Notes: generated from the letters alone by a model not told the origin. A DNA stretch of 64,000 bases from Bacteroidales bacterium (GCA_019038645.1 JAHOYT010000022.1:998-64997); one strand, 5' to 3'. Counted from the stretch's first letter, positions 35,623 through 44,859 are shown. A program made the numbers and translations.

Positions 35623-36229
35623 AACACAGTTACTTAGCTTTTTTGAGCAGGGAGTTGTAGAAGCTGGTTGCGATGAAGCCGGTCGTGGTTGTCTTGCAGG
35701 ACCTGTTGTTGCTGCAGCAGTTATTCTTCCGGCAGATTTCGCTCATCCGGTTTTGAACGATTCAAAAAAAATAAACGAAAAAAACAGGTATTTACTTCGT
35801 GAAGAGATTGAAAAAACAGCCATTTCGTACGCCATTGGCATTATTGATAATAAAGGAGTTGATGAACTCAATATTTTAAAAGCTTCAATTATGGCCATGC
35901 ATAAAGCCCTTGATTCTCTTAAAATATTACCTGATCATGTAATAATAGATGGAAATAAGTTTATAAAATACAAAAACATCCCACATCAATGTATTGTAAA
36001 GGGTGATTCAAAATATTATTCCATTGCAGCAGCATCCATTCTGGCAAAAACATACCGCGATGATATTATGAATGATTTACACCAGAAACATCCGGAGTAT
36101 AACTGGAAAAGAAACAAAGGGTACCCAACAAAAGAACACCGGCGGGCAATCAAAGAGTTCGGAACAACTCCGTTTCATCGAATGACATTCAGGCTTTTAG
36201 ATGAACAATTAACTTTAGATCTTAATTAA
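35612..36229 (+). CDS. rnhB: Ribonuclease HII
   Basis: 205 aa with the catalytic motifs GCDEAGRGCLAGPVVAAAV, DSK and IIDGN. Confidence 0.95.
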   Translation: MTIKTQLLSFFEQGVVEAGCDEAGRGCLAGPVVAAAVILPADFAHPVLNDSKKINEKNRYLLREEIEKTAISYAIGIIDNKGVDELNILKASIMAMHKALDSLKILPDHVIIDGNKFIKYKNIPHQCIVKGDSKYYSIAAASILAKTYRDDIMNDLHQKHPEYNWKRNKGYPTKEHRRAIKEFGTTPFHRMTFRLLDEQLTLDLN

Positions 36230-36236
36230 ATGGAAC

Positions 36237-36290
36237 TTGTCATTCCTGACGAAGCTAAGCGGAGATTAGGAATCTCAAAAAAACAGAGAA
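36237..36290 (+). repeat. REP-like element, copy C (partial/degenerate)
   Basis: CTTGTCATTCCTGACGAAGC shares the TTGTCAT..TGA(G/C)C.AAG core with copies A and B. A small hairpin forms between ATTCCT (36242-47) and AGGAAT (36268-73). ATCTCAAAAAAAC resembles the outer module. It lies between the convergent rnhB and rlmN genes. Confidence 0.45.
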
Positions 36291-37334
36291 CTATTTTTTC
36301 TTCCCTGCCAATTGCCCACAAGCTGCGTCAATATCCATTCCACGGCTACGACGAACGTTCACAACAAGGTTTTTACTTTTCATAAAAGTGACAAACTCAT
36401 TAAACGAATCGTTCGGCGATTTTTTAAATCGCTTATCGCTTGTTGAGTTGTATTCGATAATATTAATTTTTACAGGAAAACTCTTGCAATATTCAGCGAA
36501 CTCCTGCGCATCTTTTAATGAGTCATTTATACCTTCCATCAATAAATATTCAAAGGTTATGCGTTGGTTTGTTTTTTCATTAAAATAAACCAGCGAATCT
36601 CTAAGTTCAGACAATGAGTTCCGTTTATTAACGGGCATAAATTCACTTCTTTTTTTATCATTAGCCGAATGCAACGAAACTGCCAGATTAAACTTAACAT
36701 GATCGTCTGCAAGTTTTTTTATCATCCTTGGCAAACCAACTGTTGAAAGTGTAATTCGTTGCGGAGACATTGCGAGACCTTGTTCGGATGAAACCATTTC
36801 CATTGATTTCAAAACATTGTCATAATTCAACAATGGTTCTCCCATTCCCATTAAAACAATATTTGTTAACGAAAGATTATATTTATCATCAGCCAGTTTC
36901 ACAATTTCCACAATCTGATGATAAATTTCACCAACGCTTAAATTTCTTGTGAGGCCCATTTTTCCCGTAGCACAAAATTCGCATCCCAAATTACATCCAA
37001 CCTGTGACGATATGCATGCTGTCGCCCTGTTTTCTGAGGGGATTAAAACTCCTTCAACTAAAGCTCCATCGAATAGTTTAAATGCAATTTTTATGGTTTT
37101 GTCTTTACTTACCTGTAAATCCTCAACTTTAACCGACTGAATTATAAAATTATCATCTAATAAAGTCCTTAGGTCTTTTGAGATATTCGTCATTCCTTCG
37201 AAACCAGTTACAGGCTTTTTCCATAGCCATTCATAAATTTGTTTTGCCCGAAAAGCTTTTTCTCCATTTTTAACTAAAATATTTTTAATTTCGTCAAGAG
37301 ATAAAGTCAAAATATCTATTTTATTTTCTATCAT
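36291..37334 (-). CDS. rlmN: 23S rRNA/tRNA (adenine-C2)-methyltransferase, radical SAM
   Basis: 347 aa. Radical-SAM cluster motif GCNLGCEFCATG, then MGMGEPL and the C-terminal catalytic Cys in the DIDAACGQL context. Confidence 0.95.
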   Translation of the reverse strand: MIENKIDILTLSLDEIKNILVKNGEKAFRAKQIYEWLWKKPVTGFEGMTNISKDLRTLLDDNFIIQSVKVEDLQVSKDKTIKIAFKLFDGALVEGVLIPSENRATACISSQVGCNLGCEFCATGKMGLTRNLSVGEIYHQIVEIVKLADDKYNLSLTNIVLMGMGEPLLNYDNVLKSMEMVSSEQGLAMSPQRITLSTVGLPRMIKKLADDHVKFNLAVSLHSANDKKRSEFMPVNKRNSLSELRDSLVYFNEKTNQRITFEYLLMEGINDSLKDAQEFAEYCKSFPVKINIIEYNSTSDKRFKKSPNDSFNEFVTFMKSKNLVVNVRRSRGMDIDAACGQLAGKKK

Positions 37335-37376
37335 AATTAATTGATCTGTTCAAAATTATTGAGTAAAAATCCGAAA

Positions 37377-37384
37377 CAAAGGTA
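37377..37384 (-). promoter_or_regulatory. Candidate Bacteroidota -7 promoter box TAccTTTG for rlmN
   Basis: An exact TAnnTTTG match on the minus strand, 43 nt upstream of the rlmN ATG. A second exact match (TAatTTTG, 37351-37358) lies closer. The expected chance frequency in AT-rich DNA is not negligible. Confidence 0.3.
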
Positions 37385-37492
37385 TATTAAAAATCAATCC
37401 TTTTTAATTTAAATTAAACTAAACACATATTATTCAATCTAAAAATTATTAACTATTCTAAAGAAAATTCATATAATCTAAATCAATACAAC

Positions 37493-39640
37493 ATGAAAAA
37501 AATATTAGCTTTTTTTAGTGTCATTTTGCTTTTTAATATTTCAATAAAGGCTGATGAAGGAATGTGGTTGTTACCACTAATTCAGGAATTAAATATTGAT
37601 GAAATGCAGCAAATGGGTTGCGAATTGTCAGCAGAAGAAATTTACAGTATTAACAAAACAAGTTTAAAAGATGCCATTGTGATGTTCGGTCGTGGATGCA
37701 CCGGAGAAGTAATTTCAGATCAGGGACTTGTTTTAACCAATCATCATTGTGGACGTAGAAATATTCAACAACACAGCTCTCCTGAACATGATTATTTAAC
37801 AGATGGATTTTGGGCAGCATCAATGGAAGACGAAATACCAACTCCAGGGCTTAATATCACATTTCTTGTTCGTATTGAAGATGTTACAGATAAAATTTAT
37901 TCTGTATTTCTTGATGGTATGACAGAAATAGAAAGGCAAGATGCAGCTACAATTAAAGGTGACAATCTAGCCAGGGAAGCTACAGCAGGAACACATTACA
38001 GCGCAATAATTAAAAACTTTTATGGTGGTAATAAATATTATATGCTTGTTTATGAGAAATTTACTGATATAAGAATGGTTGGAGCTCCTCCGTCATCGAT
38101 AGGTAGATTTGGTGCCGATACCGACAACTGGATGTGGCCCCGTCATACTGGGGACTTCTCTCTTTTTAGAATTTATGCTAATAAAGATAACAAACCAGCA
38201 GATTATTCAGAAGACAACGTTCCTTACAAGCCAAAACATCATTTGCCAATTTCAATTAAGGGTATTGAGAAAAACGATTTTGCTATGATTTTGGGTTATC
38301 CCGGAGGAACAGACAGGTATATGACATCAATGGAGATTGATGAACTAATTAAAATAACGAATACAAACAGAATATTTATTCGGGGAATCCGACAGGAAAT
38401 ATTATTGGAAGATATGCTTGCTAATGATACTGTTCGAATTAAATATGCTAATAAATATGCAGGATCAGCCAATTACTGGAAAAATTCAATTGGAATGAAT
38501 AACGCTCTTAAAAAACTTAAGGTTATTGAAAAGAAGGAGGAAAACGAAAATAATTTTACGAATTGGCTTAGTGTAGATTCAAAAAGAAAAGTACAATATG
38601 GTGAAGCTTTATCATTAATTAATAATTCTGTTAACTCAAGAAAAGAGTATTTACATGCAAAACAATATATAAGTGAAAGCATGTTAAAAGCTATGGAAAT
38701 TTTTGATATTGCGTATGATGCGAAAAATCTTTATGATGAATTTGGTTCTGAAAATAAAGAAGTATTTGAAAGTACTGTAAATGATCTTAAAATAAGTGCT
38801 GAAAAATTTTATAAAAATTATAATGCACCAACAGATCAAAAAGTTATACCTGTTATGTTAAAGGTATTTGCAGAGAATGTTGATGAGCAATTTTATCCCG
38901 AAATCTACAATACAATTAAAAGCAGATATGGCAATGATTACAAGCAGTTTACAAACGAAATGTTTGAATCCTCTATTTTCACAGATAAAGCAGAATTATT
39001 TAAGTTTTTAGAAAATCCATCAAAAGAATTTTTAGAAAAAGATCTTGCTTTTGTGGCAGCTAATTCTATAAACGAAAAATATGATAAAATAGTTGAAAAA
39101 CTAGATGTGATAAATCGTGATTTTGACAAAGGTCACAGATTATATATTGGCGGTATCATGGAAATGAACAAAGGTAAAGCCATGTATCCGGACGCCAACT
39201 TCACTATGCGCTTAAGCTATGGCTCAGTTTTAGACTACTATCCAATGGATGCAGTACATTATAACTATATAACTACATTAAAAGGTGTAATGGAAAAAGA
39301 AGATCCTGATAACTGGGAATTTGTTGTTCCTGAGAAACTAAAGGACCTTTATAACAATAAAGATTACGGACAATATGGACTAAAAAACGGTGAAATGCCT
39401 GTTGCGTTCCTTTCTACAAATGATATAACGGGCGGAAATTCAGGAAGTCCTGTTATTAATTCAAAAGGAGAACTTATTGGAACTGCCTTTGACGGAAACT
39501 GGGAAGCAATGAGTGGTGATATTGTTTTTGAATCAGAATTGCAACGTTGTATAAATGTTGATGTTCGATACACACTATTTATTATTGAAAAATTTGCCGG
39601 AGCGCAAAGATTAATTAATGAAATGACCATTATTAAATAA
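37493..39640 (+). CDS. dpp7: S46-family dipeptidyl-peptidase, DPP7 type
   Basis: 715 aa. Signal peptide, then the mature N-terminus ADEGMWLL, which is characteristic of the S46 family. Catalytic His in TNHHCG and Ser in GGNSGSPV. The residue 18 positions after the catalytic Ser is Gly (AFDGNWE), as in DPP7, rather than Arg as in DPP11. Confidence 0.85.
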   Translation: MKKILAFFSVILLFNISIKADEGMWLLPLIQELNIDEMQQMGCELSAEEIYSINKTSLKDAIVMFGRGCTGEVISDQGLVLTNHHCGRRNIQQHSSPEHDYLTDGFWAASMEDEIPTPGLNITFLVRIEDVTDKIYSVFLDGMTEIERQDAATIKGDNLAREATAGTHYSAIIKNFYGGNKYYMLVYEKFTDIRMVGAPPSSIGRFGADTDNWMWPRHTGDFSLFRIYANKDNKPADYSEDNVPYKPKHHLPISIKGIEKNDFAMILGYPGGTDRYMTSMEIDELIKITNTNRIFIRGIRQEILLEDMLANDTVRIKYANKYAGSANYWKNSIGMNNALKKLKVIEKKEENENNFTNWLSVDSKRKVQYGEALSLINNSVNSRKEYLHAKQYISESMLKAMEIFDIAYDAKNLYDEFGSENKEVFESTVNDLKISAEKFYKNYNAPTDQKVIPVMLKVFAENVDEQFYPEIYNTIKSRYGNDYKQFTNEMFESSIFTDKAELFKFLENPSKEFLEKDLAFVAANSINEKYDKIVEKLDVINRDFDKGHRLYIGGIMEMNKGKAMYPDANFTMRLSYGSVLDYYPMDAVHYNYITTLKGVMEKEDPDNWEFVVPEKLKDLYNNKDYGQYGLKNGEMPVAFLSTNDITGGNSGSPVINSKGELIGTAFDGNWEAMSGDIVFESELQRCINVDVRYTLFIIEKFAGAQRLINEMTIIK

Positions 39641-39664
39641 TCGGTTTAAATTAATATCTAAAAG

Positions 39665-39697
39665 GGGATGCACGAAAATGTATCCCTTTATTTTTTT
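39665..39697 (+). terminator. Intrinsic terminator after dpp7
   Basis: Stem GGGATGCA / TGTATCCC (8 bp including one G-U pair), 6-nt loop, followed by TTTATTTTTTT. Confidence 0.55.
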
Positions 39698-39721
39698 ATA
39701 TTTATACCTTAAATAAAATTT

Positions 39722-40195
39722 ATGTCAAAAATCATAATATATACTGATGGTGCTGCGCGTGGAAATCCTGGTCCGGGAGGATACGGAATTGTAATGAAAG
39801 CCGGGCAACACAGAAAAGAACTTTCAGAAGGATTCAGAAAAACTACAAATAACAGAATGGAGTTATTAGCTGTTATTGTTGCGCTTGAAACACTCAAATT
39901 TGAAAATAGTAACGTTGAAATATATACTGACTCTAAATATGTTTCCGATGCTGTTGAAAAAGGCTGGTTATTTGACTGGGAGAAAAAGCAATTCAAAAAA
40001 AAGAAAAACCCGGATCTTTGGATCCGTTTTTTAAAAATTTACAGAAAACACTATGTTAAGTTTCACTGGATAAAAGGACACGCCAATATCCCCGAAAATG
40101 AGCGATGCGACCAACTTGCTGTTGAGGCATCTAAAGAAAGTAAATTATTAATTGATGAGGTTTATGAAAACAACAATGATTCCGGATTGTTCTGA
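39722..40195 (+). CDS. rnhA: Ribonuclease HI
   Basis: 157 aa with IYTDGAARGNPGPGGYG, NNRMEL, TDS.Y and W.KGHA..PENE.CD, which cover the DEDD catalytic residues. Confidence 0.95.
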   Translation: MSKIIIYTDGAARGNPGPGGYGIVMKAGQHRKELSEGFRKTTNNRMELLAVIVALETLKFENSNVEIYTDSKYVSDAVEKGWLFDWEKKQFKKKKNPDLWIRFLKIYRKHYVKFHWIKGHANIPENERCDQLAVEASKESKLLIDEVYENNNDSGLF

Positions 40196-40282
40196 TAATT
40201 AATCTTACCTAAAACTTATCAAGTTATTAAGATTATTCGTGTATAAGAATAATCATCTTATCAAAATTTGATTTTAGTAAAC

Positions 40283-40290
40283 TATTTTTG
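40283..40290 (+). promoter_or_regulatory. Candidate -7 promoter box TAttTTTG upstream of the vWA lipoprotein gene
   Basis: An exact TAnnTTTG match, 62 nt upstream of the ATG at 40352. Confidence 0.3.
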
Positions 40291-40351
40291 ATTTAAATTG
40301 TTTCAATTTAGATTAAATAACTAATTTTTTATAGAACATTAAAAACCCACT

Positions 40352-41311
40352 ATGAGAACCACGAAAATTTTGTTTTTATTTATTTCTTTATTTGCTTTAG
40401 TCTTCACTTCATGTGAGAAAGACGTAAATCTATCAATTGTCGAAAATGTGTATACAAGCGACGATTATTCTCTTAAGGTTATTATTTCATGGGATGCCGT
40501 TTCAGATGCTGACGGATATAACATTTACCGGGCAGATTATGATTACTCTGTTTATGAGCCCACAGAACTAATATATACAAAAATTGGTATAACATCTGCT
40601 ACTTCATACGAAGATTGGGATGTCCTTTCCGGAACAACTTATTATTACCGGGTGGAGGCATACAGTGGAAGCTCTACCGGTGCACTCAGTGATCCTATTT
40701 TAGGAATAACAACAACACTCACGGCAGCTGAAGCTTTTGATGTCCTTGCAGAATATACAGACGGTATAACATATAATGCATATTCAGCAGCAGAAGTTCC
40801 AACAATGATAAATCAAATTATTTCAAACCATGCCGTTCCTAATACCGATTTAGTTTTCCTTATCGATAATACAGCAAGTATGGTTGATGATATTTACCAG
40901 GTTCAGCAGGCGATTTCAAATATTATGGCTGCATTACCTTCAGGTACAAGAGTTGGCGCAGCTGTATATAATGATTTAAATGAAGATCCATACGGATGGT
41001 ACGACTGGGAAGATTTAACAACAATTTATTCTATTCCGTCAGAATTTATAAATACTATTTCTGTATATGGCGGCGGCGATTGGCCAGAATCTGTTTATGA
41101 TGGAATTGTTAATACCGTTAGCGATATGTCATGGACTTCCGGATCTAAAAGAATAATGATTGTTATTGGTGATGCTCCACCTTTAGAAGGCGATCTGACA
41201 AATTACACTTTAAATGACGTTATTGAAGAATGCACATCACTTGGAGTTACTATTAATCTTTATCCTATATTAATAGCAGGTTATAAAAAATCATCTCAGG
41301 ATTTTCAATAA
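40352..41311 (+). CDS. Lipoprotein with Fn3-like domain and von Willebrand factor A (vWA) domain
   Basis: 319 aa. Lipobox FTSCEKD with an acidic, surface-export-like signal. Fn3-like segment: SWDAVSDADGYNIYRA...YYYRVEAY. vWA MIDAS-like motif LVFLIDNTASM and a later VIGDAPP. Confidence 0.6.
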   Translation: MRTTKILFLFISLFALVFTSCEKDVNLSIVENVYTSDDYSLKVIISWDAVSDADGYNIYRADYDYSVYEPTELIYTKIGITSATSYEDWDVLSGTTYYYRVEAYSGSSTGALSDPILGITTTLTAAEAFDVLAEYTDGITYNAYSAAEVPTMINQIISNHAVPNTDLVFLIDNTASMVDDIYQVQQAISNIMAALPSGTRVGAAVYNDLNEDPYGWYDWEDLTTIYSIPSEFINTISVYGGGDWPESVYDGIVNTVSDMSWTSGSKRIMIVIGDAPPLEGDLTNYTLNDVIEECTSLGVTINLYPILIAGYKKSSQDFQ

Positions 41312-41331
41312 TTTTTAATATTATATTAAAA

Positions 41332-41356
41332 GGGAGACCCGTGTCTCCCTTTTTTT
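41332..41356 (+). terminator. Intrinsic terminator after the vWA lipoprotein gene
   Basis: Stem GGGAGAC / GTCTCCC (extendable by A-U pairs), 4-nt loop CCGT, followed by a T7 run. Confidence 0.7.
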
Positions 41357-41423
41357 GTTTTATATAGTCCTATTTTATATAAAATTTGAGGCAGTTTTCA
41401 TATCTTTTTTTAAATTTACGGAT

Positions 41424-44400
41424 ATGAAAAGAATTCTGATCTTAGTAATTTTTTCTATCTCTTTTTCTACAGACATTTTTCCTCAATTTGGTCAAAACAA
41501 AGTTATGTACGATCATTTTGACTTTGACGTTTATAACACTCCTCATTTTGAAATATATAATTATTTAAAAAACGACACCTTTCTGCTAAACCTTGGTCAG
41601 TTATCTGAAAGATGGTATACCAGACATTATGCAATGTTTTCTGATTCTCTTGAAAATAGCCCGGTAATTTTATATAACAATACTACCGATTTTAAACAAA
41701 CAACTGTTATTTCAGGCATTATTGGAGTGGGTACAGGTGGTGTAACCGAAGGGTTACGAAGCCGGGTTGTTATACCTGTAATGGTTTCCAATAAGGAAAC
41801 CGATCATGTGCTCGGGCACGAAATGGTGCATGTTTTTCAGTATAACCTTGTAAGAGAAAATGATAGTTTATCTTTTTCGTCTTTAATGAATACACCTTTA
41901 TGGATGATTGAAGGCATGGCTGAGTTTTTATCTATCGGTTCGTCAGATAACAGAACTTCAATGTGGATGCGCGATGCGGTTATAAATGATGATATTCCGA
42001 CTATAAAAGATATGACCCGAAAAATGGGAGAATATTTTCCTTATAGATATGGTCATGCATTTTGGGCTTATACTACCGGTGTATGGGGAGATAATGTTAT
42101 GCAACCGTTATTTTATCTTTCATTAAAAGCAGGAATAGAATTTGCATTTAAGGTGCATTTAGGAGTTGATTCGGATAGTTTATCAGTACTCTGGAATAAT
42201 TCCGTTAAAAATCATTACAATAAATTTCTTATTGATACAATTGCTCCTGTTGGTAAAATAATGTTTAATACAGAAAGTGCCGGTGAAATTAATTTGTCGC
42301 CGGTTTTAAGCCCTGACGGTAAATACATTACATTTCTCTCAAATAAAGAAGTCATTAATATAGATTTATTGCTTGCCGAAACAAAAAGCAATAAAATTAT
42401 TTCAAAATTAACTTCTTCACTCAGAAAATCGCATATTGATGATTTTAATTACATAGAAGAAGCCGGGTGCTGGTCGCCTGACGGGGAAAAATACATTATG
42501 ACTACCTTCACAAAAGGAACTAATAAATTTTTAATTGTTACACTTAAAAATAATAAAGTAAATTCCTCAGAAGAAATTGAAATAAACGGAATTGATGCCT
42601 TAATTAACCCTGAGTGGTCTCCTGACGGAAAATCAATATTATTTAACGGCCTGGTAAAAGGAAAAAGTGATTTGTATATTTACAATCTTGAATCTAAAGA
42701 TATTGAACAGTTAACTGATGATTACTATTCAGACCTTCAGCCTTCATGGTCAGCAGATGGAAGCGAAATTGCTTTTATTTCTGAAAGAGGACCCGATACT
42801 GACTTAGGTAACCAGGTTTATGGCTCATACAGATTATGTATTCTTAAAAAAGAAACCAAACAGGTTATTGTATATGATTTATTTGCTGGAGCTAATATAT
42901 ATAGTCCCCAATATTCACCTTCTGACTCATCAATTTATTTTTTATCCAATGCTGATGGCTTTAGAAACTTATACAAATATCATTTACATACAGGCGAAGT
43001 TTTTAAGCTTACAAAATTTGCAACCGGAATAAGCGGAATAACCGATCTTGCACCGGCATATAGTGTATCAAGAAAAACAGGGGAAGTTGCATACACATTA
43101 TATAGAAATAAAAAATATGAGATCTATGTTGCAAACCCTGAAGATTTCTTACAAATACCTGTGGACCCAAATGTAGTTAATCTGGATGCTGAATCTTTGG
43201 CTCCGGGTAAAATCCGAATTTTTAATGTAGTCGACCACAATCTGGACTACTCTATGTCGTTACCCGAAGATTCCTTTACAATACAAAGGTACGATCCAAA
43301 ATTTGAACTGGAATATATTGGATCAACAGGAATGGGAGTAGCTCAAAGTTCATACGGGACTTTTATTTCAGGTGGTGTTAGCCTGCTTTTTAGTGACATG
43401 CTTAAACATCATCAAATTTATACTATGTTAAATATTAATGGTGAAGTTTATGATTTTGGAGGTCAGCTCGCTTATATAAATTCTAAAAATCGAATTACCC
43501 TGGGAGGGTCTTTTTCTCATTATCCTTATAGAGGAATGTATTACTCAATATTTCCTGATACACTTTCAAACGGAACACTGATAAATGTTACAAATTACAG
43601 TTTAGTCAGAATATTTGAAGAAAATTTATCTTTCTTTTCTCAATACCCTTTATCGTCAAAACTCAGGTTTGAAGGTGGGTTGTCTTATGCGAGATACAGT
43701 TATCGAATAGATAGTTTAAATTACTATTATACACAGAATTGGTATTATCTGGGACAATCCAAAGGTAAAGTTGAAAATGTTCCCGAACCATTTAATGTTG
43801 GCAGTAGTTATATAGCGTTTGTCGGAGACGATTCTGATTTTGGAATAACATCTCCTCTTAATGGATACAGATATCGTATACAGGTTGGACAAATGTTTGA
43901 TAATTACAATATTACAAGCTTAAGCTTTGATCTTCGTAAATATTTCTATTTCAGGCCACTTAACTTATCTTTCAGGGCATTACATTACGGCCGTTATGGG
44001 AAAGATGCAAATGGGTTATATCCAATTTTTTTGAGTAACGAGTATTTAATCAGAGGTTATAACTTCAATGCAATATATTCATCTAATCAGTTATTTTCAG
44101 ATGAAGGACTCAGTCTCTCAAGAATAAACGGAAGTAAAGTTTTAGTAATTAACTCCGAAATCAGAATACCGTTTACCGGAATAAAAAGGCTCTCATTAAT
44201 AAAATCCAAATACCTGTATTCAGATATAGTACTGTTTTTTGATGCAGGCGTCTCCTGGACAAAAGATAAATTCCCGTGGCTATCAACCAGCGACATCAGG
44301 TTTTACTGGAATCCTACTCCTGACTATTACACGCCAATCTATAGTCTGGGGGCATCATTAAGGATAAATCTTTTTGGATATGCTATACTGGAACCATATA

Positions 44401-44471
44401 TAGCGTTGCCTTTTCAAATAGGTGATGTAACTTATTCTACAGGATTATTAATAAGTGGTGGAGGCTGGTAG
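41424..44471 (+). CDS. Multidomain envelope protein: MA-clan (HExxH) peptidase-like domain + PD40/TolB-like beta-propeller repeats + C-terminal Omp85/surface-antigen-like beta-barrel
   Basis: The ORF track starts at a TTG (41355), but the ATG at 41424 gives a good signal peptide (MKRILILVIFSISFS). Zinc motif GHEMVHVFQ with a downstream WMIEGMAEF (Peptidase_MA_2-like). Five PD40-type repeats are present (SPDGKYITFLS, SPDGEKYIM, SPDGKSILFNG, SADGSEIAFISE, SPSDSSIYFLSN). The C-terminal ~400 aa is beta-strand-rich. Confidence 0.6.
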   Translation: MKRILILVIFSISFSTDIFPQFGQNKVMYDHFDFDVYNTPHFEIYNYLKNDTFLLNLGQLSERWYTRHYAMFSDSLENSPVILYNNTTDFKQTTVISGIIGVGTGGVTEGLRSRVVIPVMVSNKETDHVLGHEMVHVFQYNLVRENDSLSFSSLMNTPLWMIEGMAEFLSIGSSDNRTSMWMRDAVINDDIPTIKDMTRKMGEYFPYRYGHAFWAYTTGVWGDNVMQPLFYLSLKAGIEFAFKVHLGVDSDSLSVLWNNSVKNHYNKFLIDTIAPVGKIMFNTESAGEINLSPVLSPDGKYITFLSNKEVINIDLLLAETKSNKIISKLTSSLRKSHIDDFNYIEEAGCWSPDGEKYIMTTFTKGTNKFLIVTLKNNKVNSSEEIEINGIDALINPEWSPDGKSILFNGLVKGKSDLYIYNLESKDIEQLTDDYYSDLQPSWSADGSEIAFISERGPDTDLGNQVYGSYRLCILKKETKQVIVYDLFAGANIYSPQYSPSDSSIYFLSNADGFRNLYKYHLHTGEVFKLTKFATGISGITDLAPAYSVSRKTGEVAYTLYRNKKYEIYVANPEDFLQIPVDPNVVNLDAESLAPGKIRIFNVVDHNLDYSMSLPEDSFTIQRYDPKFELEYIGSTGMGVAQSSYGTFISGGVSLLFSDMLKHHQIYTMLNINGEVYDFGGQLAYINSKNRITLGGSFSHYPYRGMYYSIFPDTLSNGTLINVTNYSLVRIFEENLSFFSQYPLSSKLRFEGGLSYARYSYRIDSLNYYYTQNWYYLGQSKGKVENVPEPFNVGSSYIAFVGDDSDFGITSPLNGYRYRIQVGQMFDNYNITSLSFDLRKYFYFRPLNLSFRALHYGRYGKDANGLYPIFLSNEYLIRGYNFNAIYSSNQLFSDEGLSLSRINGSKVLVINSEIRIPFTGIKRLSLIKSKYLYSDIVLFFDAGVSWTKDKFPWLSTSDIRFYWNPTPDYYTPIYSLGASLRINLFGYAILEPYIALPFQIGDVTYSTGLLISGGGW

Positions 44472-44479
44472 TTTTAATT

Positions 44480-44716
44480 TTATTCATCGATTTCCTCGTA
44501 ATCTACATAATCACCTTCATCTTTGTCTATCTTTTTACCCTTATTCGGTTTTGTGTTTATGGTAACATCTCCTTCTTTCTTTTGACTATTCTGAGACTCC
44601 TGATTTTTAAAGTTGCTTTGCGCGTTCTTTAACCAGGAACGAAAAACATACCTCGTAAAAATTCTTATTACAAAATATATTATCAAGACAACTAACAAAA
44701 ATCTAACTAAAGCCAT
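44480..44716 (-). CDS. Small membrane protein (DUF4834-like)
   Basis: 78 aa with a single N-terminal TM segment (FLLVVLIIYFVIRIF) and a polar, charged tail ending in an acidic DYVDYEEIDE. Confidence 0.5.
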   Translation of the reverse strand: MALVRFLLVVLIIYFVIRIFTRYVFRSWLKNAQSNFKNQESQNSQKKEGDVTINTKPNKGKKIDKDEGDYVDYEEIDE

Positions 44717-44811
44717 ATTATGTTTTTTAATCTTCTTCTTATGTCTTGCTTATTAATTGATATCTTTTTATAAAAGCAAAAGAAGAAGCTTATTTATTAA
44801 TAAACATTTTT

Positions 44812-44819
44812 TACTTTTG
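44812..44819 (+). promoter_or_regulatory. Candidate -7 promoter box TActTTTG for trpS
   Basis: An exact TAnnTTTG match, 41 nt upstream of the trpS ATG. It forms the left half of the 16-nt perfect palindrome TACTTTTGCAAAAGTA (44812-44827). Confidence 0.4.
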
Positions 44820-44827
44820 CAAAAGTA
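44820..44827 (-). promoter_or_regulatory. Candidate -7 promoter box TActTTTG for the divergent DUF4834-like gene
   Basis: The right half of the same palindrome read on the minus strand, about 104 nt upstream of the start at 44716. Confidence 0.3.
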
Positions 44828-44859
44828 CTATAATCAAACAATATATTAAATAAATCTTT

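Noticed and set aside
44717-44859. A T-box or other tRNA-sensing leader upstream of trpS.
   Set aside because: The spacer is only 143 nt and the probable -7 box leaves a ~35-nt 5' UTR. There is no specifier-loop or T-box consensus and no terminator/antiterminator pair. T-box leaders are not a feature of Bacteroidota.
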